Positions 1 through 8,565 are shown, numbered from the stretch's first letter. The stretch: DNA of 64,000 nucleotides from Anaerolineae bacterium (GCA_028275445.1 JAPWUQ010000001.1:3161-67160), one strand, 5' to 3'. Translations and numbers: made by a program. The notes: generated by a model not told the origin, from the letters alone.

Positions 1-582
1 AGGGTCTTTCTGGCCCGGCCGGCTTTCCACGCCGGAGGAAACGTCCACCCCCCAGGGATGGAGCCGGCGCACCGCTTCTGCAACATTATCCGGCGTCAGC
101 CCGCCGGCGATGATGAGCCGCGCCGGCGGTACAGCCGAGAGGTCCATCTCCTCCCACGCCCAACGCTGTCCCGTGCCGCCGGCCCGCTGGGGATGATAGC
201 TGTCCAGCAGATAGGCCCAGGCGTCAAAGCTCAGCAGTTCCTCCCACGGCACCGCGCCCCGCACCCGATGGGCACGGATAACCGGACGGGGCAACGCCCG
301 GGCATAGGCCGGCGGTTCCGCCCCATGCAGTTGCACCAGGTCCAGCCTGCACTGCTCCGCGATCTTCTCGACCTCGGATGCCGGCGCATCGGCGAACACC
401 CCGACGCAGAGCGCCTGACAGCCTTCCCCCCGCAAAGCGTTGATGATGGCGGATGCCTGCGCCGGCGCAATACAGCGCGGGCTGGCCGGCACAAAGATAA
501 AGCCCAGCAGGTCCGCCCCGGCCTGCCAGGCCGTGCGGGCATCATCCAGGTTGGTCAGGCCGCATATTTTGACCTTCACCAT
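1..582 (-). CDS. trpF: Phosphoribosylanthranilate isomerase (TrpF). The C-terminus runs off the window start, so the gene is partial.
   Basis: The reverse complement of 1-582 reads MVKVKICGLTNLDDAR...LIIAGGLTPDNVAEAV...HPWGVDVSSGVESRPGQKDP, typical TrpF motifs. The ATG at 582-580 overlaps the trpC stop by ATGA. Not listed in the ORF track because there is no stop codon inside the window. Confidence 0.8.
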   Translation of the reverse strand, partial: MVKVKICGLTNLDDARTAWQAGADLLGFIFVPASPRCIAPAQASAIINALRGEGCQALCVGVFADAPASEVEKIAEQCRLDLVQLHGAEPPAYARALPRPVIRAHRVRGAVPWEELLSFDAWAYLLDSYHPQRAGGTGQRWAWEEMDLSAVPPARLIIAGGLTPDNVAEAVRRLHPWGVDVSSGVESRPGQKDP

Positions 583-1373
583 TGGCCGGCCTCCCGCAGT
601 TCCCGCAGCCGCGCGCGCGGATCCGGCGCCGTTACCAGCGCCTCGCCGACGAGTGCCGCCTGCACCCCCCACTCTGCCAGCCGGCGCATATCCGCCGGCG
701 TGCGGATCCCGCTCTCCGCCACCACTATCACTTCCGCCGGGATCATGGGGCGGAGCCGGCGCGTCGTCTCCAGGTCCACGTGAAAATCGCGGAGGTCCCG
801 GTTGTTGATGCCCACCACGCTGGGATGCAGGGACAGGACGCGCCTCAGCTCCTCCTCGTTGTGCACCTCCACCAGAGGCGTCAGGCCCAGCGCCTGCGCC
901 TGGCGGTAGAGCGTCTGCAATGATTCATTCGGCAGGGCGGCGGCGATCAGCAGGACGGCATCCGCGCCGGCCAGGCGCGCTTCCAGGAGCTGATAGGTGT
1001 CAATGATGAAGTCCTTGCGCAGGATGGGAACAGCCAGGCCGGCGCTGTCCAGAACCAGGCGCACCCGCTGTAGGTCTTCCAATGCGCCGTGAAAATGATG
1101 CGGCTCGGTCAGCACCGAGATGGCGGCGGCGCCGGCGCTGGCGTATGCCGCGGCCAGCTCCGCCGGCTGAAGGTCCATGTTGAGCGCGCCGCGGGAAGGC
1201 GAGGCGCGCTTGATTTCGGCGATGATCTGCACCCCCGGGCCCCGCAGTGCCCGGGAAAAATCGCGGGCCGGCGGCGCCCCCGACAGTCTCTCCTCCAACA
1301 TTTCGATGGGGGCATATTCCTGGCGCCGGCGCAGTTCCCGACGGGTATCCTCCAAAATCCGCTCCAGGATCAT
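576..1373 (-). CDS. trpC: Indole-3-glycerol phosphate synthase
   Basis: 265 aa. Contains IIAEIKRASPS...ILRKDFIID...LVEVHNEEEL, a conserved IGPS signature. Its start overlaps the trpGD stop by ATGA. Confidence 0.9.
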   Translation of the reverse strand: MILERILEDTRRELRRRQEYAPIEMLEERLSGAPPARDFSRALRGPGVQIIAEIKRASPSRGALNMDLQPAELAAAYASAGAAAISVLTEPHHFHGALEDLQRVRLVLDSAGLAVPILRKDFIIDTYQLLEARLAGADAVLLIAAALPNESLQTLYRQAQALGLTPLVEVHNEEELRRVLSLHPSVVGINNRDLRDFHVDLETTRRLRPMIPAEVIVVAESGIRTPADMRRLAEWGVQAALVGEALVTAPDPRARLRELREAGQW

Positions 1374-2986
1374 CGTGCCCCTCCGGTAAAGCGCACCAGC
1401 TCCTCCAGCACCCTGGCGGCGCGCCCCGCATCAATGGACTCGGCGGCCATGGCAATGCCCTCTTTGAGGTCCCGCGCCGCGCCGGCCACGTGCAGAGCGG
1501 CGCCGGCATTCAGCAGGACCACATCGCGGCGCGGCCCGCGCTCGCCGGCCAGGACGGCGCGGGCAATGCGGGCATTCTCTTCCGGATCGCCGCCGCGCAG
1601 GGCCTCCAGCGGCGCCGGCGTCAGCCCCAGCGCCTCGCCGGCCAGCTCATACGTGCGCACCACCCCATCGCGCAGGCAGGCGATGAAGTTGATGCCGGCG
1701 GTGCACAGCTCATCCATGCCCTGTGAATTATGCACCACATAGGCCGCACTGGCGCCCAGCTCTCGCAGGACATGGGCGATCACTTCCACCAGCTCCGGGG
1801 CATACACCCCGATAATCTGAAGGGACGCGCCGGCGGGATTGGTCAGCGGCCCCAGGATGTTGAACACGGTGCGCACCCCCATTTCGCGGCGCGGCCCAAT
1901 GGCGTGCTTCATGGCCGGATGCAGAAGGGGCGCGAACAGGAACCCAAACCCGACCTCGTCAATACAGCGCGCCACCTCCTCCGGACTCAGCTCCAGGTTC
2001 ACGCCCAGGGCCTTCAGCACATCGGCACTGCCGCAGCGGCTGGACACGGAGCGGTTGCCGTGTTTGGCGACCGCCACGCCGGCGCCGGCGACCACGAATG
2101 CCGCTGTGGTGGAGATATTGAAGGTCTCCGCACCATCGCCGCCGGTGCCGCAGGTGTCGATGAGCGGCCGGCGCTGGGGCTGGACGCGCGCCGCATAGCC
2201 GCGCATGGCGCGGGCAAAGCCGGCGATCTCGCTGATGGTCTCCCCTTTGGCGCGCAGAGCCGCCAGGAAGGCGCCGATCTGCGCCGGCGTGGCCTGGCCG
2301 GCCATGATGATGCCCATCACCTGCTCCGCTTCCTCGCCGCTGAGATGCTCGCCGCGCAGTACCCGCTCGATGGCCGCCGGCATGCTGATGGACACGGCCG
2401 CGCCCTGCTCCTCCACCACGTCGGACAGCCGGAGGAAATTGCGTAGGATGCGCTTGCCGGCCGGCGTGAGGATGGATTCAGGATGAAACTGCACGCCGAA
2501 GGTCGGCCCTTCCGCATGCTGGAGGGCCATGATCTCCCCCTCTTCGGAGCGGGCGGTGACGCGCAGTTCTTTCGGCAGGGGTTCCTCAACAATGAGGGAA
2601 TGGTAGCGCGTGGCCTCGAAGCTGGTGGGCACGCCGGCGAACAGCGGGCCGCCGTAATGGATGATGCGGGAAACCTTGCCGTGCATCAGGCGGGGCGCCG
2701 GCCCCACCCTCCCTCCGAAGACATGGGCGATGCACTGATGCCCCAGGCACACCCCCAGGACAGGAATACGGCCGTGAAAGCGGCGGATGGCGTCGTTGGA
2801 GATGCCGGCGTCGGTCTCCGGCCGGCCGGGCCCTGGTGAAATCACCAGATGGCTGGGCGCCAACTGCTCCAGCTCCTGCAGGGTCACCTGGTCATTGCGG
2901 AACACCCGCACCTCTGCCCCCAATTCGCCCAGGTACTGGACGATATTGTACGTGAATGAGTCGTAGTTATCGATCACCGCGATCAT
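1370..2986 (-). CDS. trpGD: Bifunctional anthranilate synthase component II (glutamine amidotransferase) / anthranilate phosphoribosyltransferase (TrpG-TrpD fusion)
   Basis: 538 aa. The N-terminal half is a class-I GATase (MIAVIDNYDSFTYNIVQYL...GVCLGHQ...FHPES). The C-terminal half is TrpD (CGTGGDGAETFNISTTAAFVVAGAGVAVAKHGNRSVSSRCGSADVLKALG). AGGGAGG RBS. Sits 13 nt after trpE. Confidence 0.9.
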   Translation of the reverse strand: MIAVIDNYDSFTYNIVQYLGELGAEVRVFRNDQVTLQELEQLAPSHLVISPGPGRPETDAGISNDAIRRFHGRIPVLGVCLGHQCIAHVFGGRVGPAPRLMHGKVSRIIHYGGPLFAGVPTSFEATRYHSLIVEEPLPKELRVTARSEEGEIMALQHAEGPTFGVQFHPESILTPAGKRILRNFLRLSDVVEEQGAAVSISMPAAIERVLRGEHLSGEEAEQVMGIIMAGQATPAQIGAFLAALRAKGETISEIAGFARAMRGYAARVQPQRRPLIDTCGTGGDGAETFNISTTAAFVVAGAGVAVAKHGNRSVSSRCGSADVLKALGVNLELSPEEVARCIDEVGFGFLFAPLLHPAMKHAIGPRREMGVRTVFNILGPLTNPAGASLQIIGVYAPELVEVIAHVLRELGASAAYVVHNSQGMDELCTAGINFIACLRDGVVRTYELAGEALGLTPAPLEALRGGDPEENARIARAVLAGERGPRRDVVLLNAGAALHVAGAARDLKEGIAMAAESIDAGRAARVLEELVRFTGGAR

Positions 2987-2998
2987 GTTCCACCTCCC

Positions 2999-4474
2999 TT
3001 ACTTCATGGGGCCCTGTTCGGCGGCGGTCAGGGCACGCGCAAGGGCCCGCAGTTTGTTCTCCGTCTCCTCATATTCCCGCGCCGGCTCCGAATCGGCGAC
3101 GATGCCGGCGCCGGCCTGCAGGTACACCCGCTGTCCCTTCATCACGAATGTGCGGATGGTGATGCAGGTGTCCATATTGCCCGAGAAGCCGAAGTAGCCC
3201 ACCGCGCCGGCGTAAGGCCCGCGCTGTTCCGGCTCCAGCTCCTCGATGATCTCCATCGCGCGCACTTTGGGCGCGCCAGACACCGTGCCGGCGGGGAAAC
3301 AGGCGCGCAGTACGTCATAGGCGTCGCAGGCGGGGTCCAACTGTCCCTGCACATGGGAGACAATGTGCATGACATGGGAATAGCGCTCCACCTCCATCAT
3401 GGTGGGAGTGGTCACTGTGCCGTAGCGGCACACGCGCCCCAGGTCATTGCGCGCCAGGTCCACCAGCATGACGTGTTCCGCGCGTTCCTTGACGTCCGTC
3501 AGCAGTTCCTGCTCCAGCGCCAGGTCTTCCGCCGGCGTGGCGCCGCGGGGCCGTGTGCCGGCCAGCGGCCGCGTCTCCACTATCCCCTGATCCACCCGCA
3601 CCAGCACCTCCGGCGATGAGCCGATGAGGCGCAGGCCGTCCGGCAGTTCCAGGTAGAACATGTACGGCGACGGGTTGATGCGCCGCAGGGCGCGGTAGAT
3701 GTCGAACGGTTGGGCCCTGGTCAGCCGATGAATGCGGCGGGACAGCACCACCTGGAAGATATCGCCGGCGCGGATATACTCCTTGGCGCGCTTCACCGCT
3801 TCCTCAAAGGCTGGGCGCGGGAAGGCGGTCTCGAAGGGCGGCTCCACGGCCTCCGCCGCCGGCGCCGGCATCCCCAGACCGTTCGGCAGGGGCCGGCGCA
3901 GGCGCGCCACCAGCTCCTCCACCGCCGCCTCCGCTTCCTCGCGCCCCCGGCCCTCCGCCTCCTCGCCGGAAGCGTGGGCGATGACCAACAGCCTCTGTCT
4001 GACGTGGTCATATACCACCAGCCGGTCACACAGGAGGAAGAAGGCCTCGGGCAGGCCCAGGGTATCCGGCTTGATGCTGGGCAGGCGTTCGAAGGAGCGC
4101 ACCAGGTCATAGCTCATGTAGCCCACAGCGCCGCCGGTAAAGCGCGGCAGGTCCGGGATGGGGGTGCCGGCATAGGTCGGCAGATGCTCGCGCAGGACAT
4201 CCAGCACATCGCGGCCGGCCAGCGGCAGTTCCGTCCAGCGCCCCTCTTCCTCGATGATCACCCTGTCGCGCCAGGCCTTGATGGTGCCGCGCGGGTGGGA
4301 GCCGATGATGGAATAGCGCGCCAGGTGTTCTCCCCCTTCCACGCTTTCCAGCAGGAAGGAGGGGCCCAGCCCGCGCAGTTTCAGGTATACCGAGACCGGC
4401 GTCTCGACATCCGCCGGCAGTTCCCGCACCACTGGGCTGAGAACCCGCCGTGCATGCGTAATGCTGGTAATCAT
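2999..4474 (-). CDS. trpE: Anthranilate synthase component I
   Basis: 491 aa. Chorismate-binding family motifs (LLESVEGGEHLARYSIIGSHP...GAVGYMSYD...FQVVLSRR...GAPKVRAMEIIEELE...GAVGYFGFSGNMDTCITIRT). Confidence 0.9.
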   Translation of the reverse strand: MITSITHARRVLSPVVRELPADVETPVSVYLKLRGLGPSFLLESVEGGEHLARYSIIGSHPRGTIKAWRDRVIIEEEGRWTELPLAGRDVLDVLREHLPTYAGTPIPDLPRFTGGAVGYMSYDLVRSFERLPSIKPDTLGLPEAFFLLCDRLVVYDHVRQRLLVIAHASGEEAEGRGREEAEAAVEELVARLRRPLPNGLGMPAPAAEAVEPPFETAFPRPAFEEAVKRAKEYIRAGDIFQVVLSRRIHRLTRAQPFDIYRALRRINPSPYMFYLELPDGLRLIGSSPEVLVRVDQGIVETRPLAGTRPRGATPAEDLALEQELLTDVKERAEHVMLVDLARNDLGRVCRYGTVTTPTMMEVERYSHVMHIVSHVQGQLDPACDAYDVLRACFPAGTVSGAPKVRAMEIIEELEPEQRGPYAGAVGYFGFSGNMDTCITIRTFVMKGQRVYLQAGAGIVADSEPAREYEETENKLRALARALTAAEQGPMK

Positions 4475-4499
4475 CCTTCACCTCCCCATTACAGGCATA

Positions 4500-4898
4500 T
4501 AATCAAAAACCCCTCGTCCGATCGACGCCCAGCGAGTGCTGGACGTATGACGGGACGAGGGGTTTGCAACCACCCCGCGGTGCCACCCGAATTAGGCGGC
4601 CGGCGTACGGCTGGAAACAAAAAACCCGTCGAGAGACGGGTTTTCATCGGCCGGCCAACCTCTCTCAGCGGATACGAGGACTCGCCATCGGCCCACGGAT
4701 GGGAGCCTGATATCCCGCGCTCTGATAACGGTAGCGTTTCCGGTGCGGACTACTCGGGCGTTACCGCCCTTTCGGCGCACGACTCGCAGGCCCATTCCGC
4801 CGCGTCGTGGACATCGGGCTCGCACCTTCCCCCGACTCTCTGGGTCCCGGTGCGCGGCGTACTCTTCCTGGTCATCGTCTTTGGCATGTGCGATTGTT
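4500..4898 (-). promoter_or_regulatory. T-box riboswitch leader, tRNA-responsive transcription attenuation, upstream of trpE. It contains a Stem III-like hairpin at 4624-4650, the T-box sequence at 4575-4593 and the terminator at 4505-4562.
   Basis: The minus strand reads AAUUCGGGUGGCACCGCGG at 4593-4575, against the T-box consensus AAUUAGGGUGGNACCGCG. A GC hairpin (AAAACCCGUC..GACGGGUUUU) lies about 25 nt upstream and the terminator follows. The 5' domain contains a GAA-UGG-G triplet context (about 4792-4794) that could be the Trp specifier, but it was not folded. Confidence 0.6.
4505..4562 (-). terminator. Intrinsic terminator of the T-box leader. The stem is CCCCUCGUCCCG...CGGACGAGGGG, followed by UUUUU.
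   Basis: On the minus strand an 11-12 bp GC-rich stem (plus-strand 4551-4562 pairing with 4510-4520) is followed by a U5 run (plus-strand 4505-4509 AAAAA). Its 5' arm overlaps sequence immediately 3' of the T-box motif. This is the classic mutually exclusive antiterminator/terminator layout. Confidence 0.6.
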
Positions 4899-4905
4899 GA
4901 ATTAT

Positions 4906-4933
4906 ATTATAGCCGGCCGGCGCCGGCTGTCAA
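4906..4933 (-). promoter_or_regulatory. Sigma70-type promoter for the T-box/trp operon (TTGACA-N16-TATAAT)
   Basis: The minus strand reads cattTGACAgccggcgccggccggcTATAATataat. Perfect -35 and -10 hexamers with a 16-nt spacer. The predicted transcription start is near 4898. Confidence 0.55.
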
Positions 4934-4967
4934 ATGGGCGAATTTGAGGGCGTGGGACACGTGATCC

Positions 4968-5024
4968 GGTGACAGTCACTGATGACAGTCACCGGTGACA
5001 GTCACCTGGCAGGTGACTGTCACC
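4968..5024. repeat. Array of four 11-bp palindromic sites, GTGAC-N-GTCAC, between divergent promoters
   Basis: GTGACAGTCAC at 4969-4979. ATGACAGTCAC at 4982-4992. GTGACAGTCAC at 4995-5005. GTGACTGTCAC at 5013-5023. Spacings are 13, 13 and 18 bp. The same 13-mer GGTGACAGTCACC recurs at 15979-15991. Confidence 0.7.
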
Positions 5025-5045
5025 AAACGGATGATACACCAAATC

Positions 5046-5074
5046 GTGCAGTTCGAGCAAGCCTGTGGTATAAT
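5046..5074 (+). promoter_or_regulatory. Extended -10 promoter (TGGTATAAT) for the 5127 gene
   Basis: tgTGgTATAAT at 5064-5074. The -35 is weak (GTGCAG). Confidence 0.4.
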
Positions 5075-5126
5075 ATGCTAAACGTTTCGGCTCTGTCGGG
5101 TATCCGGATGCCAAGGAGAAAGGTAG

Positions 5127-5867
5127 ATGTCCGCCCCGTTCCGTTTCTTTCCCACGGGTGCGCTGATCTTGCTGGCCGTGATGACAGCGATCAGCGCCGT
5201 GGCCCTGGTGGTGCAGTGGCGAGAGGCGAAGCACGCCCCTTTTTTCCTCCTGCGCTATGAGGCGGCCAAGCGCGCTCGCCGGCTGTTCCTGCTCACGGTC
5301 CTGCTGGTCATTGGCATGGGAATCACCGGTTGGCTGACCATACAATACCTGAGACATCCGACGGGAGCGCCGGCCCGGCCCGCTGTGACGCCGGCGGTCT
5401 TGCCTACGCCGACGACGGCCGGCGGCGAGGCCGGCACCCAACCCCCTCCCACTCCCACGCACACCCGGATGCCCTCTCCCACTCCGACGCCTCCGGTGAC
5501 CCCGACCCCCTCCTCTCGTCCGATGACTCGCTCTCCTGGCGCCAGCTTTACCTTCATCACCTTTGCGCAGGGCGTATCCGCATCCAACGAACCCCTTATG
5601 CCAGGGCAAGTCTTCTCCCTCCCGCTGGAACGGCCGATCTATGCCTTTTTCCGCTTCGCGGAGATGGAAAACGGCACCCCATGGCGGGCAGTATGGCGCA
5701 AAGGCTCGGTGGAGCTGGTATCCGACGAGTTCCAATGGGAGTGGGGGCGCTACGGAACCGCATACGTGTATTTCCTGCCGCCGGGCGGGTTTGATGCCGG
5801 CGCCTATTCCCTGCAGTTGTATATCGGCGATGACCTGCAGTTCGAGGCCAGCTTCGAGGTCCAATAA
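5127..5867 (+). CDS. Hypothetical membrane-anchored protein with a Thr/Pro-rich linker and a C-terminal beta-rich domain
   Basis: 246 aa. AGGAGA RBS. A transmembrane segment lies near the N-terminus and a TPTPT linker follows. The C-terminal domain (..PIYAFFRFAEMENGTPWRAVWRK...YSLQLYIGDDLQFEASFEV) resembles the C-terminal domain of the lipoprotein at 32861-33265. Confidence 0.6.
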   Translation: MSAPFRFFPTGALILLAVMTAISAVALVVQWREAKHAPFFLLRYEAAKRARRLFLLTVLLVIGMGITGWLTIQYLRHPTGAPARPAVTPAVLPTPTTAGGEAGTQPPPTPTHTRMPSPTPTPPVTPTPSSRPMTRSPGASFTFITFAQGVSASNEPLMPGQVFSLPLERPIYAFFRFAEMENGTPWRAVWRKGSVELVSDEFQWEWGRYGTAYVYFLPPGGFDAGAYSLQLYIGDDLQFEASFEVQ

Positions 5868-5897
5868 CGCAACAAAGCAGTTCACCAGGAGGGAACC

Positions 5898-6191
5898 ATG
5901 TCCGCCGAAATCCCAGCGGATTCGCCGCCCGCTCACGACAAGCAGAAGGTCATCCTCTATACCAAGCCCGACTGCCCAGACTGCTTCAATGCCAAGCGCT
6001 TCCTGAACAATCGAAATATCCCCTTTGAGGTCCGGGACATCACTGACCCGCAGGCGGTGGAGGAACTGCTGGCGCTCCTTGGGCCAGGCCAGTACGCGAC
6101 CCCTATTATCGTCTTGGGAGAGCACGTGTTCGTAGGGTTCGAGGTCAACCGCCGGCATATCGAGAACGTGCTCGAGCAAATGTCCCGGTGA
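5898..6191 (+). CDS. Glutaredoxin-like / NrdH-like small redox protein (CPDC active site)
   Basis: 97 aa. VILYTKPDCPDCFNAKRFL...ATPIIVLGEHVFVGF is a thioredoxin-fold CxxC motif. AGGAGGG RBS. Confidence 0.8.
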   Translation: MSAEIPADSPPAHDKQKVILYTKPDCPDCFNAKRFLNNRNIPFEVRDITDPQAVEELLALLGPGQYATPIIVLGEHVFVGFEVNRRHIENVLEQMSR

Positions 6192-6311
6192 AACCACGCA
6201 TGGTGCGGTGATCGGGCCGCATGCGCCATATCTGAACCGCCGGCCAGGCGTCTACACTTTCAGATTACTTGTCGGCGCACGGCTGACAAAGTCTCCAGGA
6301 GGTTATTACCT

Positions 6312-8513
6312 ATGCACCAACCGCATCCGCGCGATCCTGGACACGGCCGCTGGGTCCGGCTCGGCATATGCGCCGGCCTGCTCATGGCCGGCATCCTGGC
6401 CTTTTCCCTTCTTTACATCCCACCCGCCTCCCTGGCCGTACCGCCCACCGCACATACCTTCTACGGGACGGTACAGCTCAGCGGCCAGAACGTCCCAGAC
6501 GGCACGCTCATCACCGCATATGTGTATGATGGGAGCAACATTGTTATCTGCGGCACCACTACGACTTTCACGCCGGCCCCGCCGGCGCCGCAGGTTTCTG
6601 TGTACACCCTGCCCGTGACCGGCGATGACCCCGAGACTTCCAACAAAGAGGGCGCGGCCGAAGGCGATACCGTCCATTTCCGCATCGGCCCGTGGGATAA
6701 CGGCGTGGACGCGGATCAGACCGGCATCTGGCATTCCGCCGATTTCACGGAGCTGAACCTGACCGGCACTGCACTCCCGACGCCGACCCCTACCCATACG
6801 AATTCGCCCACCGCCACCCCCACCGGCCCGACACCGACCTTTACGCCGACGCACACCCACACCCCAACGCCCACGGCAACAGCGACGCATACCCCCACCC
6901 CCACCGTCAGCCCGACGCCAACCGGCCCGACCCCTACGCCCACGCCTTCTCCGATGCCGACCTTTGTCTGCCTCCAGCAGGGGAGCGCCGGCTATACCGG
7001 GACCACGGATACCTACCTGGACCTGGCCAACCCCACCACTCCGTATGGCTCGGCCAATAAGATGTACGTGAAGACCCAAGAGATCGTCAACTCGTTGGTG
7101 CGGTTTGATCTGAGCAACCTGCCGGCGAACATCACCGTCGTCACCGCCACCATGAAGATACTCGTGCTGGACCGCACCCCGGATAAGCCCATCACCCTGC
7201 GCGCCTACCGCGTCGCGAAGCACTGGAACGAGGACGAGGCCACCTGGTACAACGCCACCTCCACCACCCTCTGGTCGGCGCCCGGCTGTCAAGCCCCCGG
7301 CGCGGATTACTCGGATATCGGCGTGGTCGAGCTGGCCGGCTTCGACGGGGAGGGGGTCTGGGCCACCTTTGACCTGACGAATATGGTGCGCCATTGGGTC
7401 ACCTATCCCGCGGAAAACCACGGGGTAGTGATCAAGGGATATCGTTATCAAGACCAGACCACCACATACACCTTCTGGTCCTCCGAGGTCTCCAATGTCG
7501 GACTGCGGCCCCAGCTCTGCGTCGGCTACCTGATGCCGACCCCGACACCCACGGCCACTCCAACCAACACGCCGACCTTCACCCCCACACCCACGCCGAC
7601 CCATACCGCCACGCCAACGGCCACGCCGACCCCGACCAATACCATGACGCCCACGCCCACCTCTACGGCCACTCCTACCACCGGCATCATCCGGGGACTG
7701 GTATGGAATGACCAGAACGGCGATGCGGTGCGGCAGGAGGGCGAGCCGCCGCTCGCCGGCGTCACCATCGGCATCCGCTACCTGGGCATCGAGTTCGACA
7801 CCCGGGTGACCGCCGGCGATGGCTCCTTCGTCTTCGCCGGCCTGCTCCCCGGCGATTACACCGTGCGCGCCTACGATATCCCTGGCTTCGCCTGGACCAC
7901 CCCCAATATGGCCATCATCCCGGTGCAGGCCAACACCACCAACTTCATCGAGTTCGGGGCCTGGATACCGCCCACCGCTACCGCCACCCCGACGGCGACC
8001 AGCACGGCCACCAGCACCGCCACGCCGACGCCGACACCCACTGCTACGCCCACCCCGTGTCCGGACGCCTATGAGCCGGACGACAGCATGCTCCAGGCCA
8101 AATGGATCGAGGCCGGCGGCCAGCCCCAGACGCATAACCATCATCAGTCCGGCGATGTGGACTACCTGAAGTTCGTGGGCATTGCCGGCCAGACCTTCCG
8201 CATCCGCACCTTTGCCCTGGGCGGCGCAGGGAACGACACCGTCCTGACCCTGCTGGACAGCGCCGGCGCGGTCCTCGCCCAGAACGACGATGACCCGCTG
8301 AACCCGCCGGCGTCGCGCATTGACTTCACCTGCCCGGAGACCGGCACCTATTTCCTGCGCGTGGAGCAGAAATCGCCGGCGGTGGGCGGGTGCAGTATCA
8401 CCTATCAGATAGAGGTGCGCACCTGGGTGCCCACCCCCACGCCCACCCCGACCCCCACGCTGGCCAAACGCGGCTGGCTGCCGCTGGTGATCAAGGACGT
8501 ACAGGGAAGGTAG
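6312..8513 (+). CDS. Large secreted multidomain protein with Thr/Pro-rich linkers, a carboxypeptidase-regulatory-like domain and a C-terminal pre-peptidase (PPC) domain
   Basis: 733 aa. AGGAGG RBS. N-terminal signal anchor. Repeated PTPTPT linkers. GDYTVRAY beta-sandwich. C-terminal CPDAYEPDDS...DVDYLKF...TFRIRT...DTVLTLLDSAGAVLAQNDDD matches a bacterial PPC domain. The central block is DNRLRE-like, but that assignment is not certain. Confidence 0.8.
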   Translation: MHQPHPRDPGHGRWVRLGICAGLLMAGILAFSLLYIPPASLAVPPTAHTFYGTVQLSGQNVPDGTLITAYVYDGSNIVICGTTTTFTPAPPAPQVSVYTLPVTGDDPETSNKEGAAEGDTVHFRIGPWDNGVDADQTGIWHSADFTELNLTGTALPTPTPTHTNSPTATPTGPTPTFTPTHTHTPTPTATATHTPTPTVSPTPTGPTPTPTPSPMPTFVCLQQGSAGYTGTTDTYLDLANPTTPYGSANKMYVKTQEIVNSLVRFDLSNLPANITVVTATMKILVLDRTPDKPITLRAYRVAKHWNEDEATWYNATSTTLWSAPGCQAPGADYSDIGVVELAGFDGEGVWATFDLTNMVRHWVTYPAENHGVVIKGYRYQDQTTTYTFWSSEVSNVGLRPQLCVGYLMPTPTPTATPTNTPTFTPTPTPTHTATPTATPTPTNTMTPTPTSTATPTTGIIRGLVWNDQNGDAVRQEGEPPLAGVTIGIRYLGIEFDTRVTAGDGSFVFAGLLPGDYTVRAYDIPGFAWTTPNMAIIPVQANTTNFIEFGAWIPPTATATPTATSTATSTATPTPTPTATPTPCPDAYEPDDSMLQAKWIEAGGQPQTHNHHQSGDVDYLKFVGIAGQTFRIRTFALGGAGNDTVLTLLDSAGAVLAQNDDDPLNPPASRIDFTCPETGTYFLRVEQKSPAVGGCSITYQIEVRTWVPTPTPTPTPTLAKRGWLPLVIKDVQGR

Positions 8514-8565
8514 GACGAGTTCTGACGGCAGTCACTGCAGGGGCGCATGCCGCCTGAGCGAACGG

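Noticed and set aside
58-783. 241-aa plus-strand ORF, plus 231-545 (-) and 440-808 (+)
   Set aside because: They lie antisense to or out of frame with trpF and trpC, which have clear family motifs. Their Arg/Pro-rich composition is typical of spurious ORFs in high-GC DNA.
1370-2986. The TrpG-TrpD fusion as a possible novelty
   Set aside because: Fused glutamine amidotransferase/phosphoribosyltransferase TrpGD is well known, for example the E. coli trpD product.
4621-4660. Hairpin followed by UUUUUUGUUU on the minus strand inside the trp leader, which looked like a separate terminator
   Set aside because: It lies 5' of the T-box sequence, in the position expected for T-box Stem III. The functional terminator is the downstream 4505-4562 element, whose 5' arm overlaps sequence immediately 3' of the T-box.
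6716-8053. Short periodic nucleotide repeats (ACGCCCACGCC..., GVGVGV antisense ORFs) that look superficially like a repeat array
   Set aside because: They encode Thr-Pro linker segments of the secreted protein in frame. They are irregular in length and not separated by unique spacers, so this is not a CRISPR or tandem-repeat locus.
6306-8144. 612-aa minus-strand ORF and other very long antisense ORFs (19771-21531, 21565-22773, 23000-25531, 37775-39091, 39449-41299, 18099-19394, 54185-55345, 55513-56871)
   Set aside because: They sit opposite well-supported genes. They are extremely Arg/Gly/His/Pro-rich with no motifs. They are artefacts of GC-rich, stop-poor antisense frames.
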